DNA from: a virus
Taxonomy: Duplodnaviria > Caudoviricetes
Length of the DNA stretch: 53,077 bases
Virus record (IMG/VR): IMGVR_UViG_3300045996_001542
Span: 1 to 53,077 of that record
Reading direction: 5' to 3' (one strand)
A program made the translations under genes and the position numbers. The notes beneath the pieces are model-generated. The model did no database searches, was not told where the DNA came from, and saw only the letters and a program-made list of their open reading frames with translations. The number at the start of each line of letters is the position of its first letter. Position 1 is the stretch's first letter. Below, piece after piece: positions 28,310 to 38,138 of the stretch.

Positions 28310-28560
28310 TGGACGAACGACCTGATACCGGCGGGGAGTGGATGGGCCTGGTGGGCAGGCGCCTGGCCCGGCTGGAGCGACGCCAGCGCACGCCGATCCC
28401 CGCCGATGTGGTGTACCTGGTGCCGGCTACGAGCGTGTCGGAGACCTGGCTCGAGGTCCCGGAACTGGTCGGCCTGGGGCCGGCGGGGTGGGCGTACGTG
28501 CGGCAGGCGGTGCCGGAGGAGGCGGAGCCGGAGGAGGCGGAGCTGGAGGAGGAGACCTAG
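28309..28560 (+). CDS. Small minor tail protein
   Basis: TGATG overlap; RRLARLERR. Confidence 0.6.
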   Translation: MDERPDTGGEWMGLVGRRLARLERRQRTPIPADVVYLVPATSVSETWLEVPELVGLGPAGWAYVRQAVPEEAEPEEAELEEET

Positions 28561-28631
28561 GCTTGGGCACGTACTTACGCGGTGGCCGCGCCGCAGGGAC
28601 GATCGAAAATCGACACCCTTAAGGCGGAGAT

Positions 28632-29003
28632 GTGACGGAGGCCGTACAGACCGCGGACGCGGACGGACAGATCCGTCAGTTCAACGGCCTCGACTGGGCG
28701 CCGGTCCCGACCGGCTGGACCCCGACCGAGCCGGTCGTGCGCGGAACCCTGATGCTGTCCGCGCGGGCCTACTGGGCGATGCCCGAGATCCCCGACGGCG
28801 CCTCGGTCTGCCTGGACCTGACGGTGGCGGGCGTGAGACCCCACAGCGGGTGGGTGTTCGAGGTGACGTCCAGCTTGTCCACGCGGCTGGCCGTGCAGGC
28901 GCACGCCACGGCCGACGACGTCGTGACCCTCACCGCGACCAACATGACCGGCGCCACCGTCCGCCTCGCGGCGTGCACCTGGCGCGTCTACGGATGGAGG
29001 TAA
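28632..29003 (+). CDS. Hypothetical virion-region protein
   Basis: GGAG RBS; beta-rich; precedes the fibre genes. Confidence 0.6.
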   Translation: MTEAVQTADADGQIRQFNGLDWAPVPTGWTPTEPVVRGTLMLSARAYWAMPEIPDGASVCLDLTVAGVRPHSGWVFEVTSSLSTRLAVQAHATADDVVTLTATNMTGATVRLAACTWRVYGWR

Positions 29004-29006
29004 CCG

Positions 29007-30050
29007 ATGCCCAGATGCGGATGTAGCGATACAGGCTGCTCCTGCCTCGTGCAGGGCGGTACGGGGATCGAGGTCGACGGCGCCGGGACGGAAATCAACC
29101 CGTACGTCATCAACGTCGCCAGCGGCACCGCCGGCGGTGGGGGTGGCCTGACGGTCACCGACACGGCGACGATCAACCTGACCCTGCTCGGTGAAGGGAC
29201 CACGGAAGAGCCGTACCTGCTGTCCGGGCACGCGACCGTGTCCCTGGACGAGCTGCTGAACGTCGCGGACATCGAACCGACCGAGGGCCAGGTGCTGGCG
29301 TGGAACGGGACGGTGTGGCAGCCCATCCCGGCCACCACCGCCCCGGCCGGCGCGGTCGCGGTCGGCTCCGGGCTGCTGGGCGACGGGTCGGCGGGCGACC
29401 CGCTGCGCATCGACCCTACCTCGACCGCCGGGTTCGTCGTCCCCACCGGCCTCGTGACGCCGTGGGCCGGTCCAGGTGCGCCGTCGGGCTGGCTGCTGTG
29501 CAACGACACACCGGTCTCCCGCGCGACGTACGCCAACCTGTTCGACGTCATCGGCACGACGTACGGCGACGGGGACGGGTCCACCACGTTCAACGTGCCG
29601 AACATGGCCAACCGCTTCCCGGTGGGCACCGGTGGCGGGTACGTACGGGGCTGGACGATCGGCAGCTCGACCCACTCCCACTCGATCCCGGCGCACACGC
29701 ACACCCTCCCCGGGCACACCCACTCCATCCCCAGCCATGAGCACGGCCTCGGCAGCGACGGCCACGCGCTGATCACGTTCGATGAAGGCGACATCTTCAT
29801 GCGGCGGACCAGCAACACGCGCAACTGGGACGCCACCCGACGCACCAACCACGCCGGGCCCCTCGACATGGGCCCCTCCACTGCGCAGATCTCGACCGGC
29901 GCCGAGCTGGCCGGATCGACGCAATTCTCCGGCCCGTGGACGTCCGGGTCGGGTGGGGCCGGCTCGACCGGCGCGGGCGGCGAGAACACGACCGGTTCGG
30001 GCTCGTCCCTGCCGCCAGCGCTCGCGCTCAACTTCATCATCAAGACCTAA
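29007..30050 (+). CDS. Tail fibre protein with phage tail-collar domain and His repeats
   Basis: PTGLVTPWAG..APSGWLLCND..VSRATYANLFDVIGTTYG.GDGSTTFNVP; HSH/HTH repeats; LNFIIKT end. Confidence 0.85.
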   Translation: MPRCGCSDTGCSCLVQGGTGIEVDGAGTEINPYVINVASGTAGGGGGLTVTDTATINLTLLGEGTTEEPYLLSGHATVSLDELLNVADIEPTEGQVLAWNGTVWQPIPATTAPAGAVAVGSGLLGDGSAGDPLRIDPTSTAGFVVPTGLVTPWAGPGAPSGWLLCNDTPVSRATYANLFDVIGTTYGDGDGSTTFNVPNMANRFPVGTGGGYVRGWTIGSSTHSHSIPAHTHTLPGHTHSIPSHEHGLGSDGHALITFDEGDIFMRRTSNTRNWDATRRTNHAGPLDMGPSTAQISTGAELAGSTQFSGPWTSGSGGAGSTGAGGENTTGSGSSLPPALALNFIIKT

Positions 30051-30062
30051 AGGGGGCACAAC

Positions 30063-30593
30063 ATGGCGAGGTGTAACTGCGCCGCCGCAGGCGGGTGCTC
30101 GTGCAGCGTGCAGGAGGGTGACGGCATCCGGGTCACCGGCTCCGGCGAGGCCAGCAACCCGTACGTCATCGAGGCCCTGCGCCAGTCCATCGCCGGGCAG
30201 GTCACGGTGGCGGACACGGCGTCCCTGAACCTGACCATGACCGGGCAGGGGTTGGTGAACGAGCCGTACATCATCTCCGGGGAGGTCATCCCCGGCGCGC
30301 AGCAGCCCATCACCGGGCAGCTCACCGTGTCGGACACCGCGTCCCTGAACCTGACCCTGGCCGGGCAGGGCACTACGGCCAGTCCGTACGTCGTCTCCGG
30401 GCAGGTCCTCAGCGCGCCGGCCGGCGCCCTGGGTGACCTGACCGACGTGGACACCACCGGCGCCGCCGACGGCGACTCCCTGGTGTTCGACGGCGCCGAG
30501 TGGGTCGCGGCCACTGCGCGCAACCCGATCACCGTGTCCGCCACGCCGCCGCCCGACCCGCAGGTCGGGGACATCTGGTTCGACATCTCATGA
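30063..30593 (+). CDS. Short fibre/adaptor protein with Cys-rich N-terminus
   Basis: MARCNC...CSC; two DTASLNLT..G.G...PY repeats; LGDLTDVD; GDIWFD. Confidence 0.75.
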   Translation: MARCNCAAAGGCSCSVQEGDGIRVTGSGEASNPYVIEALRQSIAGQVTVADTASLNLTMTGQGLVNEPYIISGEVIPGAQQPITGQLTVSDTASLNLTLAGQGTTASPYVVSGQVLSAPAGALGDLTDVDTTGAADGDSLVFDGAEWVAATARNPITVSATPPPDPQVGDIWFDIS

Positions 30594-32047
30594 TCGCGTT
30601 CCGGTCCCGGCAGGTCTCCCAGCTGGCCACGGCCGCCACCACGATCGCCGTGGCGGTCCCGGCGGGGGTGGTGGCCGGTGATGTGCTGCTGACCTGGACG
30701 TACTTCAACGTGGGCGGCACCCTGGCGGTGACCCGCCCCGCCGGGTGGAACCTGGTACGCGTCGACAACGTGTTCCAAGGGTCCGTCGGCCTGTACTGGC
30801 GCCTGGCGGACGGGACCGAGCCGGCCACCTACACCTGGACGCTCAGCACGGCCGCGCGTGGCATCGTCGCCATGAACGCGTACACCGGGGTGAGCCCGAC
30901 CAGCCCCGTGGGTCACCTGCACGTGGTCAAGCCCACCTCCGGTACCACCCTGCCGCTGCCCGCCAAGACAGCCGCGGTGGACAACTCGTGGTTTGCCACC
31001 ATGGCCGGCGCGTTCGGGGCGACCGACGCGGGCGTGACGTTCGTGATCGACGAGGCGACCGACGCCGAGCGGTCCGACAACATGACTGTGGGCGGCACCA
31101 GCGGGTCACGGCCCGCGCAGGCGGTGTACGACACCAACGCCACGGTGGCCCGCGGGTCGACCCACGACCGCGTGGTCACGATGAGCACGTCCAGCGTCGC
31201 CAACCAGTCCCAGGTGGCGTGGTGGACGGACCTCATCTCCGACGAGACCACCGGCACCGGGCCGATCGCCTACCGCGGCGCGGCCAGCGGGGCGGGCACC
31301 TGGCCCAGCACCACCCCCACGGCCACGATCAGCCTGGACGCGTCCTACGTGGTCAACGGGGACCTGCTGGTCGCGGCGGTGACCCGCAACGGCGGGAGCG
31401 TCACGCCGCCGGCAGGGTTTACCCGGATCCAGTTCACGCCCACCGGCGGCCTCGAGTACTCGGTCTGGTACAAGATCGCCCACAACGAGCCGAGCACGCT
31501 GGGGTTCGTGTCCGCCGGGACCAGCGGCAGCCGCTTCGTGGGCGTGGGCATGGTCGCGTACTCAGGTGCCAACACCTCCTCGCCGATCGGGGCGTGGGCG
31601 TTCAACCAGGACGTCAACCCGACACCGACGATCACGACCCGCACGGCGGGGTCGTGGATCCTGTCGGCCGTCTTCAGGAGCGCATCGGTGACGTCGTTCT
31701 CGACCACCGACGCGCTGGACATCGAGCGGGTCGAGCTGACCGGCGGCGGGACGGTGGCCACCCCGATCGGGATGTACGACTCCGCGCGTGAGTACGCCGC
31801 CGGGTCGGCGGTCAGCCGGACGCTGAACGGGGCGGGTGGAGGCACCGGGTATCTGCGGTTCATCGCGGAGATCCGGCCCGGTATCGCCGTGCCCTCGGGG
31901 CCCACCGTGACCTTCAACCACCGCGAGACGGACCTGGCGTGGACCGAGCGCACCGGCGTGCCCAAGGCCTGGACGGTCGGCGGGGAGTGGGTCGAGGCGC
32001 CGGGGGCGCACTGGGACGGCACGGCGTGGCTGGACCTGCCGTCGTGA
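30590..32047 (+). CDS. Putative receptor-binding protein with two related beta-sandwich domains
   Basis: Internal duplication: GDVLL..PAGW..YWRLA..EP..YTG versus GDLLV..PAGF..WYKIA..EP..YSG. Confidence 0.65.
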   Translation: MIAFRSRQVSQLATAATTIAVAVPAGVVAGDVLLTWTYFNVGGTLAVTRPAGWNLVRVDNVFQGSVGLYWRLADGTEPATYTWTLSTAARGIVAMNAYTGVSPTSPVGHLHVVKPTSGTTLPLPAKTAAVDNSWFATMAGAFGATDAGVTFVIDEATDAERSDNMTVGGTSGSRPAQAVYDTNATVARGSTHDRVVTMSTSSVANQSQVAWWTDLISDETTGTGPIAYRGAASGAGTWPSTTPTATISLDASYVVNGDLLVAAVTRNGGSVTPPAGFTRIQFTPTGGLEYSVWYKIAHNEPSTLGFVSAGTSGSRFVGVGMVAYSGANTSSPIGAWAFNQDVNPTPTITTRTAGSWILSAVFRSASVTSFSTTDALDIERVELTGGGTVATPIGMYDSAREYAAGSAVSRTLNGAGGGTGYLRFIAEIRPGIAVPSGPTVTFNHRETDLAWTERTGVPKAWTVGGEWVEAPGAHWDGTAWLDLPS

Positions 32048-32068
32048 CACAAGGACTGAGGAGCTGAC

Positions 32069-33808
32069 ATGGCCAGGTGTGACTGCGCTGGTGGCCGGTG
32101 CTCGTGTGGCGTGACCGCCGGCGACGGCATCGAGGTCACCGGGTCCGGTGAGGCCTCCAACCCGTACGTCATCAGCGCGGTGGGGCAGCCGATGACGGGG
32201 CAGCTGATCGTGCAGGACACGGAGTCGCTGAACCTGACCCTGACCGGCGAGGGGGTGGTGAACGAGCCGTACGTCATCTCGGGCGAGGTCCTGACCGGGC
32301 CGGGGGTGTCCGACGACGTCGTGGCCGCGCTGCTGTCCGACGCCGAGACGGACACCAGCAACGTGCTCGTCGACAAGTGGGTCGATGGTGTGCGCCCGGA
32401 GCTGTACGGCGCGGTGGGTGACGGCGTGGCGAACGACACCGCCGCCATCGTGGCGGCCATCGCGACGGGCGCCATGACCATCCGCCTGACGCACGGCAAG
32501 ACCTACCTGATCGACCCCGACGCCGTCATTCTTCCGTCCGGGGCACACCTGGTGGGCGCGTTCAACCGGGGGTACGGCAGCGGTACCACCGGCACCACGA
32601 AGGTGGTGGTCACCAACACCGGCGGGACGACCGGCATCAAGACGAACGCGAACAGCATCATCGAGGGGGTCCAGGTCGAGGCCGCTACCCTGCCGGACTA
32701 CTACCGGGCCGACTGGGTCGAGGGCACCGGCCGCGCGCTGGTCGGCATCGACGCGGACTCCGAGTCCGCGGTGATCGGCTGCGGCGCCTTCGGCTTCGAG
32801 ACCGGGATCCTGGCCGGCAAGTCCGTCCAGATCGACCGCGCCAACGTCGGCAAGTGCAAGTACGGGATCCAGACCGACAGCGCCGACGGGTGGATCGCCA
32901 ACTCGACGATCGCGTTCTGCTCCGACGCGGGGATCAAGGTCGCGGGGAACTTCTGGCGGATCGTGAACAACCGGGTGGAGTGGAACGCCCGGTACGGCCT
33001 GGACGCGGCCGGCGAGACGACGATCGTGGGCAACCTGTTCGACCGCAACGGCTGGGCGGGCGTGAACCTGCCGTCCGGCGCGTGGGGCGCCGTGATCACC
33101 GGCAACTATTTCTGCCGCAACGGCGCCGGGGGTGACGGCACGGTGGGCCGCTGGGGCTGGGCTGTGGTGGGCAACCCGGCCTATGTCGAGACGACCAGCG
33201 CGCAGTCGGTGCACATCCAGCTGGCGTACCAGCGGGGCGTGACGATCACCGGCAACCGGTACCGTGCCGGCCAGGACGACTCCAGCGCCGGCACCTCTAG
33301 CCCCTCGCACATCTACTCGGTCAACGGGTCCAGCGGGGCCACGCCACCCAACTCGCTGACCCGGGTCGGCAACGTCGGGGAGTACGTCTCCGGCGGCGTG
33401 TCGGGGTACGCCACCGCACCCGGCCCGTACGGGGACGCGTCGATCGCGACGGGCACCGACACCGCCCTGGTGGGGTGGATCAACAACGGGGGTCAGCGCT
33501 TCCCGACGATCGTGTCCGCTACCGGGTTCAACTCCAGCCGGGACCAGGCCGCGTCCGCCTCCTCGCTGACCATCACGCCGGAGAAGCTGCACGGTGTGGT
33601 GTTCCTGCGGGGGACCCGTTCGGGCAGCGGTGTGCAGTCGGTGATCTATTTCGGTGAGGACGCCTCGCCGGGCACGAACAAGTACGCCGTGTTCGAGAAC
33701 AAGCAGGGCGCCATGGTCTCGACCGTGACGCGGGGGGCGGCCGGCGAGATCGTGATCACGTTCGGCACGACCTACTTCACCAACTACAACATCATCTACT
33801 CGGGGTAG
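32069..33808 (+). CDS. Tailspike with right-handed beta-helix (pectate-lyase-like depolymerase)
   Basis: PELYGAVGDGVANDTAAI motif followed by I.GN.F..N...G repeats. Confidence 0.8.
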   Translation: MARCDCAGGRCSCGVTAGDGIEVTGSGEASNPYVISAVGQPMTGQLIVQDTESLNLTLTGEGVVNEPYVISGEVLTGPGVSDDVVAALLSDAETDTSNVLVDKWVDGVRPELYGAVGDGVANDTAAIVAAIATGAMTIRLTHGKTYLIDPDAVILPSGAHLVGAFNRGYGSGTTGTTKVVVTNTGGTTGIKTNANSIIEGVQVEAATLPDYYRADWVEGTGRALVGIDADSESAVIGCGAFGFETGILAGKSVQIDRANVGKCKYGIQTDSADGWIANSTIAFCSDAGIKVAGNFWRIVNNRVEWNARYGLDAAGETTIVGNLFDRNGWAGVNLPSGAWGAVITGNYFCRNGAGGDGTVGRWGWAVVGNPAYVETTSAQSVHIQLAYQRGVTITGNRYRAGQDDSSAGTSSPSHIYSVNGSSGATPPNSLTRVGNVGEYVSGGVSGYATAPGPYGDASIATGTDTALVGWINNGGQRFPTIVSATGFNSSRDQAASASSLTITPEKLHGVVFLRGTRSGSGVQSVIYFGEDASPGTNKYAVFENKQGAMVSTVTRGAAGEIVITFGTTYFTNYNIIYSG

Positions 33809-33817
33809 GAGACTGAA

Positions 33818-34879
33818 ATGGCAGGCTGCAGGTGCAGCGGGCAGCAGGTGGTGTCCGACGGAGCTGTCGCGGGGCTGATCTCCGGCCCCGACACCGAGAC
33901 CAACGAAGCGGTTCATGGTGTCGCGGATGATGCCATCGCGGCGATGACCGGCGAGGAGAACGTGTGGACGGCCGCGCAGATCTTCGACCCCGCGGAGTCG
34001 TTCCGCATCGGCAACATACTGTCCGTGCGTCTGGTCGACGGGTTCGCCGGGCAGCGCCTGCACGTGACTGGTGTGCCCGGTAACGTGCCCGCGGTCATGC
34101 CCTACGTGGAGGTGGCGCCCGCCACCGATACCGGGGCAGGCACCGACGCCGGTGGGGCCATCGCGGGGCTGCAGGTGTACCGCACACCGGGTGGTGGTGG
34201 TGTTCCCGATCGGGAGTTCCTGGCGATCGAGGCGTCCGGCGACAACGGCACCGTCCCCGGGTTCAAGATCAGCCCGTGGGCGTCCGGCACCGGGTCGTTG
34301 CGCCCGGTCGTGTTCTGGGACGGAACGCACGAGGTGTTCCGGATCAACAACCAGGGCACCACCGGCGAGATGCGCATCGGCACCTCCTCACGCCTGACCT
34401 ATGAGGACACCGGGACCACCGCCCGCGTGTGGTCCATCATGCAGAAGAACGGGACGCTGGGCTGCCAGTACCGTTCCTACTCCAGCACGACCGCCGTCCG
34501 CCCGTACGTGTTCTTCTCCAAGAACACCGGCACGATCGCGGCGCCGGGCGCCCCGAACAACGCCGCCACCCTGGGCGATGTCGTGTTCGGGTCGATCGAG
34601 TCGGGAACGGAACGGACCGGCGCCGTCATCCGCGCGGAGGCCACCGAGGCGTGGACCTACGGGTCCGCGCAGGGCGCCAAGATCGGGCTGCGGACCGTGC
34701 CGACCGGGACCGCCAGCTCCAGCGTCCCCCAGATCGAGGCTACCGAGCCGACGGCCGCCAGCGAGACCGGCATGCTGCTGCGCGTCGACAAGGCCGGTGT
34801 GCGGTCCCTGGTCCGCGTCTCGATCGGTGCCCCCGATTCCGGCGGCGCCGGGTTCCGGGCCCTGGTGATCCCGAACTAG
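33818..34879 (+). CDS. Minor tail / receptor-binding protein
   Basis: MAGCRCSG start; beta-rich; last gene of the virion operon. Confidence 0.65.
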   Translation: MAGCRCSGQQVVSDGAVAGLISGPDTETNEAVHGVADDAIAAMTGEENVWTAAQIFDPAESFRIGNILSVRLVDGFAGQRLHVTGVPGNVPAVMPYVEVAPATDTGAGTDAGGAIAGLQVYRTPGGGGVPDREFLAIEASGDNGTVPGFKISPWASGTGSLRPVVFWDGTHEVFRINNQGTTGEMRIGTSSRLTYEDTGTTARVWSIMQKNGTLGCQYRSYSSTTAVRPYVFFSKNTGTIAAPGAPNNAATLGDVVFGSIESGTERTGAVIRAEATEAWTYGSAQGAKIGLRTVPTGTASSSVPQIEATEPTAASETGMLLRVDKAGVRSLVRVSIGAPDSGGAGFRALVIPN

Positions 34880-34881
34880 GC

Positions 34882-34906
34882 GGGGTGCGTAACGGTTACG
34901 CACCCC
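34882..34906. promoter_or_regulatory. Palindrome copy 3, extended to 25 bp (core 34886-34902)
   Basis: GGGGTGCGTAACGGTTACGCACCCC at the convergence of the left and right arms. Confidence 0.9.
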
Positions 34907-35135
34907 ATGGGGGTTCGCCCAGCTCTTCGAGCATCTTGTCGCGTTGCCGGACACACTCCTGGTCGCCGCAGTAGCCGGTGGCGATGATGACCCGGCCGGT
35001 GAAGGGCCAGCCGATGACGATGGTGTTGCGCGCGAACTCGTCATGGCCCCGGCGGATCGGGGCCGGGTCCCAGTACCACTCGGGCCGGTAGAACCACACC
35101 CGCCCCCGCTTCAAGGGCTCATCGGGTCCCGTCAC
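34896..35135 (-). CDS. Hypothetical protein
   Basis: GTGA overlap; its TAA lies inside the palindrome. Confidence 0.6.
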   Translation of the reverse strand: MTGPDEPLKRGRVWFYRPEWYWDPAPIRRGHDEFARNTIVIGWPFTGRVIIATGYCGDQECVRQRDKMLEELGEPPWGA

Positions 35136-35533
35136 GCGCGGCGCTCGTCGGCGTTGTGGCCGACGCCCGCGATCGCGTTCTGCGCGGCCCGCAGCTCGGC
35201 GCCGAGACTACGCGCGGCGGCCCTGGCCCTGGTCAGCGCACCCTTGGCCTCGTCGATCGCTGCCTGCGGGTCGCCGTCCTGCTTCGCGTCGTACAGGTCG
35301 CCGACGGCGGCCAGCCGGCTCAGGTCCCCGATCATGTTCGCGCTGGCGGTCTCGATGGCGTCGGCCGCGACGTAGAACTCCGCGACCACCGCGTACACGG
35401 TGGGCACCAGGCTGATCTGGGTGTGGCACACGATCCGGGCGCCCTCGCTGGTGAAGGACGCGGCCCAGACGATGCCCTCCTCGTCGGCGTACTCCTCGAC
35501 GATCTCGCGGGGGCTGGGCTGCTGTTCCATCAT
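35132..35533 (-). CDS. Hypothetical protein
   Basis: Codon usage and operon packing. Confidence 0.65.
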   Translation of the reverse strand: MMEQQPSPREIVEEYADEEGIVWAASFTSEGARIVCHTQISLVPTVYAVVAEFYVAADAIETASANMIGDLSRLAAVGDLYDAKQDGDPQAAIDEAKGALTRARAAARSLGAELRAAQNAIAGVGHNADERRA

Positions 35534-35585
35534 GGGGTCACCCGCTGGTTGATAAGTTCGATTGGGTCGGGCCCGGGTGTATCAC

Positions 35586-35759
35586 TCACCGGTCCTCCTC
35601 GGGGCTCTCGTAGGGCAGGCCCATGGCCGCGCACCACTCCTGGTCGCTCGGGGTCTCCTCGACCTCGGGCGGTGCGGCCAGGGCGGCGCGGCGCTGCCAG
35701 TCGCCCAGCGCCCCCGTGGCGGCGCTCGTGCCCAGACCCGGGCCGCGGGGGCGGCTCAC
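35586..35759 (-). CDS. Small hypothetical protein
   Basis: GTGA overlap with the exonuclease stop. Confidence 0.5.
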   Translation of the reverse strand: MSRPRGPGLGTSAATGALGDWQRRAALAAPPEVEETPSDQEWCAAMGLPYESPEEDR

Positions 35760-36727
35760 GTGGCCTTCTTGGGGGCGCGCACGGGGCGCACGTCGATGCG
35801 GGTGTAGGACTTGCGGGTGTAGCCGTTGATGAACGTCTCGGGGACCTCGGTCCAGGTCACGGAGTGCTTCCCGGTGGACCCGTAGACGCCGTCGAGCTTC
35901 TTCTGCGCGGCCTCTTTCAGCTTCTCGCCCTCGCGGACCATGTCGCGGCCCTCGCGGTACTGGGCCTCGGCGTCCAGGAGGGCCGGGTCGGTGATCAGGC
36001 CGCCCTGCTGGTGCTCGTCGCCGCCTCGGCAGGCGTTGAACATGGGGCAGTACCGCGCGCAGTACGGGTAGGGCTCGTCCCGGGGCGCGGAGGACAGGTC
36101 GTACTGGGCGGCGTACATCGCGTCCTCGAGCCGGGCCTCGACCTGTGCGGTGATCTCCGGGTCGTACGGGCTGGAGATGACGACGATGTTCTCGTCCTCG
36201 CCGGAGCGGTCGATGTAGATCAGGGACCACTCGTCCTCGGGCGTGGCCAGGCCCTGCTGGATGCGCGCGAGCTGGTAGGTGTTGATCTGCGCGACGTGCT
36301 TGAAGTCGGCGCCGTTGCGGCGGGTGTCCGCCAGGCCGTCCTTCGTCTTCGCGTCCCACACGCGGGGCCCGACGACCAGGTCGGCGTGCCCGGAGATCTC
36401 CACGCCCAGCCCAGGCAGGCGCGCCGTGAGCGGCACCTGCTGCTGCGCGGCCGGCCCGATGGTCTTGGCGAGGTGGGCGATGACGGCGCGCTCGGTCAGC
36501 TCACCCACGGCCTCCCCGACGAACGCGGCCAGCTTGATGCCCTCCTCCGGCAAGCGCTCGGTGCCGGCGATGGTGTGCGCGATGTACGCGCGGCACGCAC
36601 CGATCTCGGACGGTCCGAGCAGGCCCTGGTCGGACTGCTGGGAGCGGTCAGACTTCGTGGTCCAGTCCCGGATCGACTCGGTGACGACCTCCTTGACGTC
36701 CAGGCCCTCCAGGGCCTCCACCGTCAC
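35756..36727 (-). CDS. PD-(D/E)XK exonuclease, Cas4/AddB-like with four Cys
   Basis: GPSEIGACR; GHADL...WDAKT; QINTY; CARYCPMFNAC. Confidence 0.85.
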   Translation of the reverse strand: MTVEALEGLDVKEVVTESIRDWTTKSDRSQQSDQGLLGPSEIGACRAYIAHTIAGTERLPEEGIKLAAFVGEAVGELTERAVIAHLAKTIGPAAQQQVPLTARLPGLGVEISGHADLVVGPRVWDAKTKDGLADTRRNGADFKHVAQINTYQLARIQQGLATPEDEWSLIYIDRSGEDENIVVISSPYDPEITAQVEARLEDAMYAAQYDLSSAPRDEPYPYCARYCPMFNACRGGDEHQQGGLITDPALLDAEAQYREGRDMVREGEKLKEAAQKKLDGVYGSTGKHSVTWTEVPETFINGYTRKSYTRIDVRPVRAPKKAT

Positions 36728-37674
36728 TGGGAGTCCTCCATGACCTGGATCTCGTCGTCCATGACGTAGTCGGGGTGGCCCGGTCCCCAGCCCGGCTCGG
36801 TGAGCCCGACGTGCTGCTCGGCGGCGGCCAGGGCTTGGCGGGCGACGGCCTGCCGGTCTGCGCTGACCGACTCGGCGGGTGCGGCCTTGCGGGTGGAGCC
36901 CTTGCGCTTGGTCTGCGCGGCGGGGCGCTGCCCGGTCTCGATGCGCTGCGCTGCGCGCTCGGCCTTGGCGATCTCGGCGGCCTCCCGCTCGGCGTTGGCC
37001 AGGGCCTTGGCCACCGGGCCCTCGACGGTGGCCACGTGGGTCACGGTGGGCTCGACCACCACGGCGGGCGACTCGGTGACCGTCGCGGCGGGGTGGACCT
37101 TCATCACGGCCTGCAGCCGCTCCCGTGCGGTCACGCCCTCGGGCGAGTCGACGCGCGAGGTGTTGATCAGCGCGACCGTGTCGGCCTGGTCGGGGGACAG
37201 CACCGTCTTGACGACGTCGGTGATGCGCCCGTCGGCGTACAGGGACAGGCCGAACTGGGTGCCGAGGTAGATCGCGGCGCGCTTGAGCGCGTCGGACTCG
37301 GCGGACTTGAGTGCGGTGTCGGCGGCCTCACCCCAGTCAGGCTGCTTGTTGTTCGCGATCGCGGACTCGGTGTAGACGGCGCCGGTCTGGTGGATCGTCA
37401 GGCGCACCGTGGCCTGCGCGGAGATGGACCAGTTCATCTTGTCCGGGTTGCGGGCCTGCGGGATCTGCTCCTCGCGGATCACCTTCGCGTCCAGGCACTC
37501 GGCGGAGAACCCGGCGTAGCCGAACACCCTGATCAGGCTGGCCTTGACGTCCCACGCCTCCAGGTAGGACATGCCGTCGCGGCTGGCGACCCGGTCCTTG
37601 TTGATGTTGTTGTGCAGGGTCCGCAGCTGGGCCGTGCTCAGCGCGGTGGTCGTGGGGGACTGCTCCATGTCCAT
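36724..37674 (-). CDS. Rad52/22-family (Sak-like) ssDNA annealing protein
   Basis: SYLEAWDVKASLIRVFGYAGFS; ALKSAESDALKRAAIYLGTQFGLSLY. Confidence 0.88.
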   Translation of the reverse strand: MDMEQSPTTTALSTAQLRTLHNNINKDRVASRDGMSYLEAWDVKASLIRVFGYAGFSAECLDAKVIREEQIPQARNPDKMNWSISAQATVRLTIHQTGAVYTESAIANNKQPDWGEAADTALKSAESDALKRAAIYLGTQFGLSLYADGRITDVVKTVLSPDQADTVALINTSRVDSPEGVTARERLQAVMKVHPAATVTESPAVVVEPTVTHVATVEGPVAKALANAEREAAEIAKAERAAQRIETGQRPAAQTKRKGSTRKAAPAESVSADRQAVARQALAAAEQHVGLTEPGWGPGHPDYVMDDEIQVMEDSQ

Positions 37675-37701
37675 GGGTTCCGTTCTACTCGGGGTATCTG
37701 A

Positions 37702-37722
37702 CACCCGCCCGGGGGGCGGGTG
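37702..37722. terminator. Hairpin downstream of vapC
   Basis: CACCCGCCC-ggg-GGGCGGGTG. Confidence 0.5.
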
Positions 37723-37727
37723 GGGGT

Positions 37728-38138
37728 TCAGATCAGGTTGATGGTGGGTACGCCCACCTTGGCAGCGGCGCCCGCCAGGCGCTTGTCGAACGTCATGAGG
37801 TCGCCGTCGAACCACATCGCTGCCGCCAGGACACACGCGTCAGGCATCTTGACGCCCGTCCTCTGCCGTGCCTCGACCAGGAGATGTATCTCCTCGTCAG
37901 GCTCCAGGTTGCAGATGCGCAGGTCCGCGCCCCAGATCAGGCGGTCGTAGATCTCGTTCCGCTCGGTCGCGTCGTCGTACCCGACCAGGACCTCGGCCAA
38001 GGTCAGGCGGTGGATCTCCGCGATCTTTCCCCGCGCGTCGGGCAGGAGGTCGCCAAGGGCGTCAAGGACGGGGGCGTGGTGGACGTGGTGAGGATCGAGC
38101 AACGCGATCATGATGTTCGCGTCCAGGACCACGCTCAC
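37728..38138 (-). CDS. vapC: PIN-domain toxin, VapC family
   Basis: VVLDANIMIA; LAEVL; KMPDACVLAAA; LMTFDKRLA; the conserved acidic residues are present. Confidence 0.9.
   Translation of the reverse strand: MSVVLDANIMIALLDPHHVHHAPVLDALGDLLPDARGKIAEIHRLTLAEVLVGYDDATERNEIYDRLIWGADLRICNLEPDEEIHLLVEARQRTGVKMPDACVLAAAMWFDGDLMTFDKRLAGAAAKVGVPTINLI

Noticed and set aside
29007-33808. Diversity-generating retroelement or invertase shufflon among the fibre genes
   Set aside because: No reverse transcriptase or invertase seen. Repeats are in direct orientation at gene 5' ends and differ mainly at synonymous positions, not specifically at adenines.
35756-36727. Cas4-like gene plus repeated palindromes as a CRISPR system
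   Set aside because: The repeats are dispersed with no spacer array and no other cas genes. The nuclease pairs with a Rad52-like annealase as an ordinary recombination module.
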